Below, piece by piece: positions 42,856 to 43,088 of a stretch of DNA of 43,088 nt (position 1 is the first letter of the stretch; each line of letters begins with the position of its first letter). The notes beneath the pieces are model-generated. The model saw only the letters and a program-made list of their open reading frames with translations. It did not search any database and had not been told where the DNA came from. Made by a program: the position numbers and the translations under genes. The DNA comes from a virus, in the IMG/VR virus record IMGVR_UViG_3300012917_000002, positions 1 to 43,088 of that record; one strand, written 5' to 3'.

Positions 42856-43088
42856 ATGCCTATTATAGTAAAAGAAACTGAAAGCATACCTATAGAAGAA
42901 GTAAGTAATTCTAATAATATAAATATCCCATGTGAATTATTTAATTGTGGTAAGATCCCTACAGAACTAACAAGTATAGTATTTCCTAACAATAAAATAA
43001 TTTGTAAAATTTATCTTTGTAAGTCACATTTAGAAAGTAAATTTATTCATAATTCAGTATTAATATATCTCAGAAAAATTGGATTACT
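42856..43088 (+). CDS. Cys-rich protein whose ORF runs through the terminal repeat (continues at 124-151 on the circle; 86 aa in total)
   Basis: Hand translation: MPIIVKETESIPIEEVSNSNNINIPCELFNCGKIPTELTSIVFPNNKIICKIYLCKSHLESKFIHNSVLIYLRKIGLL, then GNSLEPIS followed by the stop at 149-151. There is no stop before the window end. Confidence 0.5.
   Translation, partial: MPIIVKETESIPIEEVSNSNNINIPCELFNCGKIPTELTSIVFPNNKIICKIYLCKSHLESKFIHNSVLIYLRKIGL
42966..43088. repeat. Terminal direct repeat, copy 2
   Basis: Exact copy of 1-123. Confidence 0.9.

Noticed and set aside
42789-42992. Minus-strand hydrophobic 67-aa ORF
   Set aside because: It is antisense to the operon direction. It overlaps the plus-strand ORF that reads through the junction and ends cleanly at 149-151. 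Its hydrophobicity is what the antisense strand of AT-rich coding DNA would be expected to give.
1-43088. CRISPR arrays, tRNA/tmRNA genes, integrase/excisionase or other lysogeny functions
   Set aside because: I saw no regularly spaced identical repeats. No cloverleaf-like sequence with a GTTCRANYC T-loop is visible in the few intergenic gaps. No tyrosine or serine recombinase motifs appear in any ORF. This was checked by eye only, so a tRNAscan or Infernal run could still find something.

Overview
The window is a complete, circularly closed genome of an AT-rich tailed dsDNA phage. It has about 42,965 bp of unique sequence, and bases 1-123 are repeated exactly at 42966-43088. No tape-measure, sheath or tube gene is recognisable, so it is probably a short-tailed phage.

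The genome has two divergent arms that leave a control region at about 34.28-34.81 kb:
- Rightward arm (34.8 kb, across the end junction, to 5.29 kb): small early proteins, many of them Zn-ribbon-like; an SNF2 helicase; a Cas4-like PD-(D/E)XK nuclease; a Sak4/AAA_24-like ATPase; a DUF669-like protein; a family A DNA polymerase; a dATP/dGTP diphosphohydrolase-like protein; and a DUF3987-like protein.
- Leftward arm (34.28 kb down to 5.24 kb): a higher-GC early module and a LuxR-type regulator. These are followed by one long late operon: terminase, portal, scaffold, capsid, two glycosyltransferases, a methyltransferase, fibres, a BNR propeller protein and internal virion proteins.

I saw no tRNA, rRNA, CRISPR array, integrase or reverse transcriptase.

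Most notable observations:
1. About 60 short pure-G/C islands built around CGGCCG/CGCGG are scattered through the AT-rich genome. Most lie in frame inside unrelated genes on both strands.
2. There is a candidate phage-encoded cohesin-dockerin pair. The cohesin-like module sits in a repeat-rich fibre protein. The dockerin sits at the C-terminus of a beta-helix protein that carries a lipoprotein leader.
3. The tail-fibre gene is compositionally chimeric. It combines a Sec-type leader, a higher-GC segment of about 1.5 kb and ten 16-aa NTG repeats.
4. A glycosyltransferase/methyltransferase cassette inside the virion operon is preceded by translationally coupled micro-ORFs, one of them Cys-rich.
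5. The divergent control region contains repeats and hairpins.

All domain calls come from motif recognition by eye. No searches were run.
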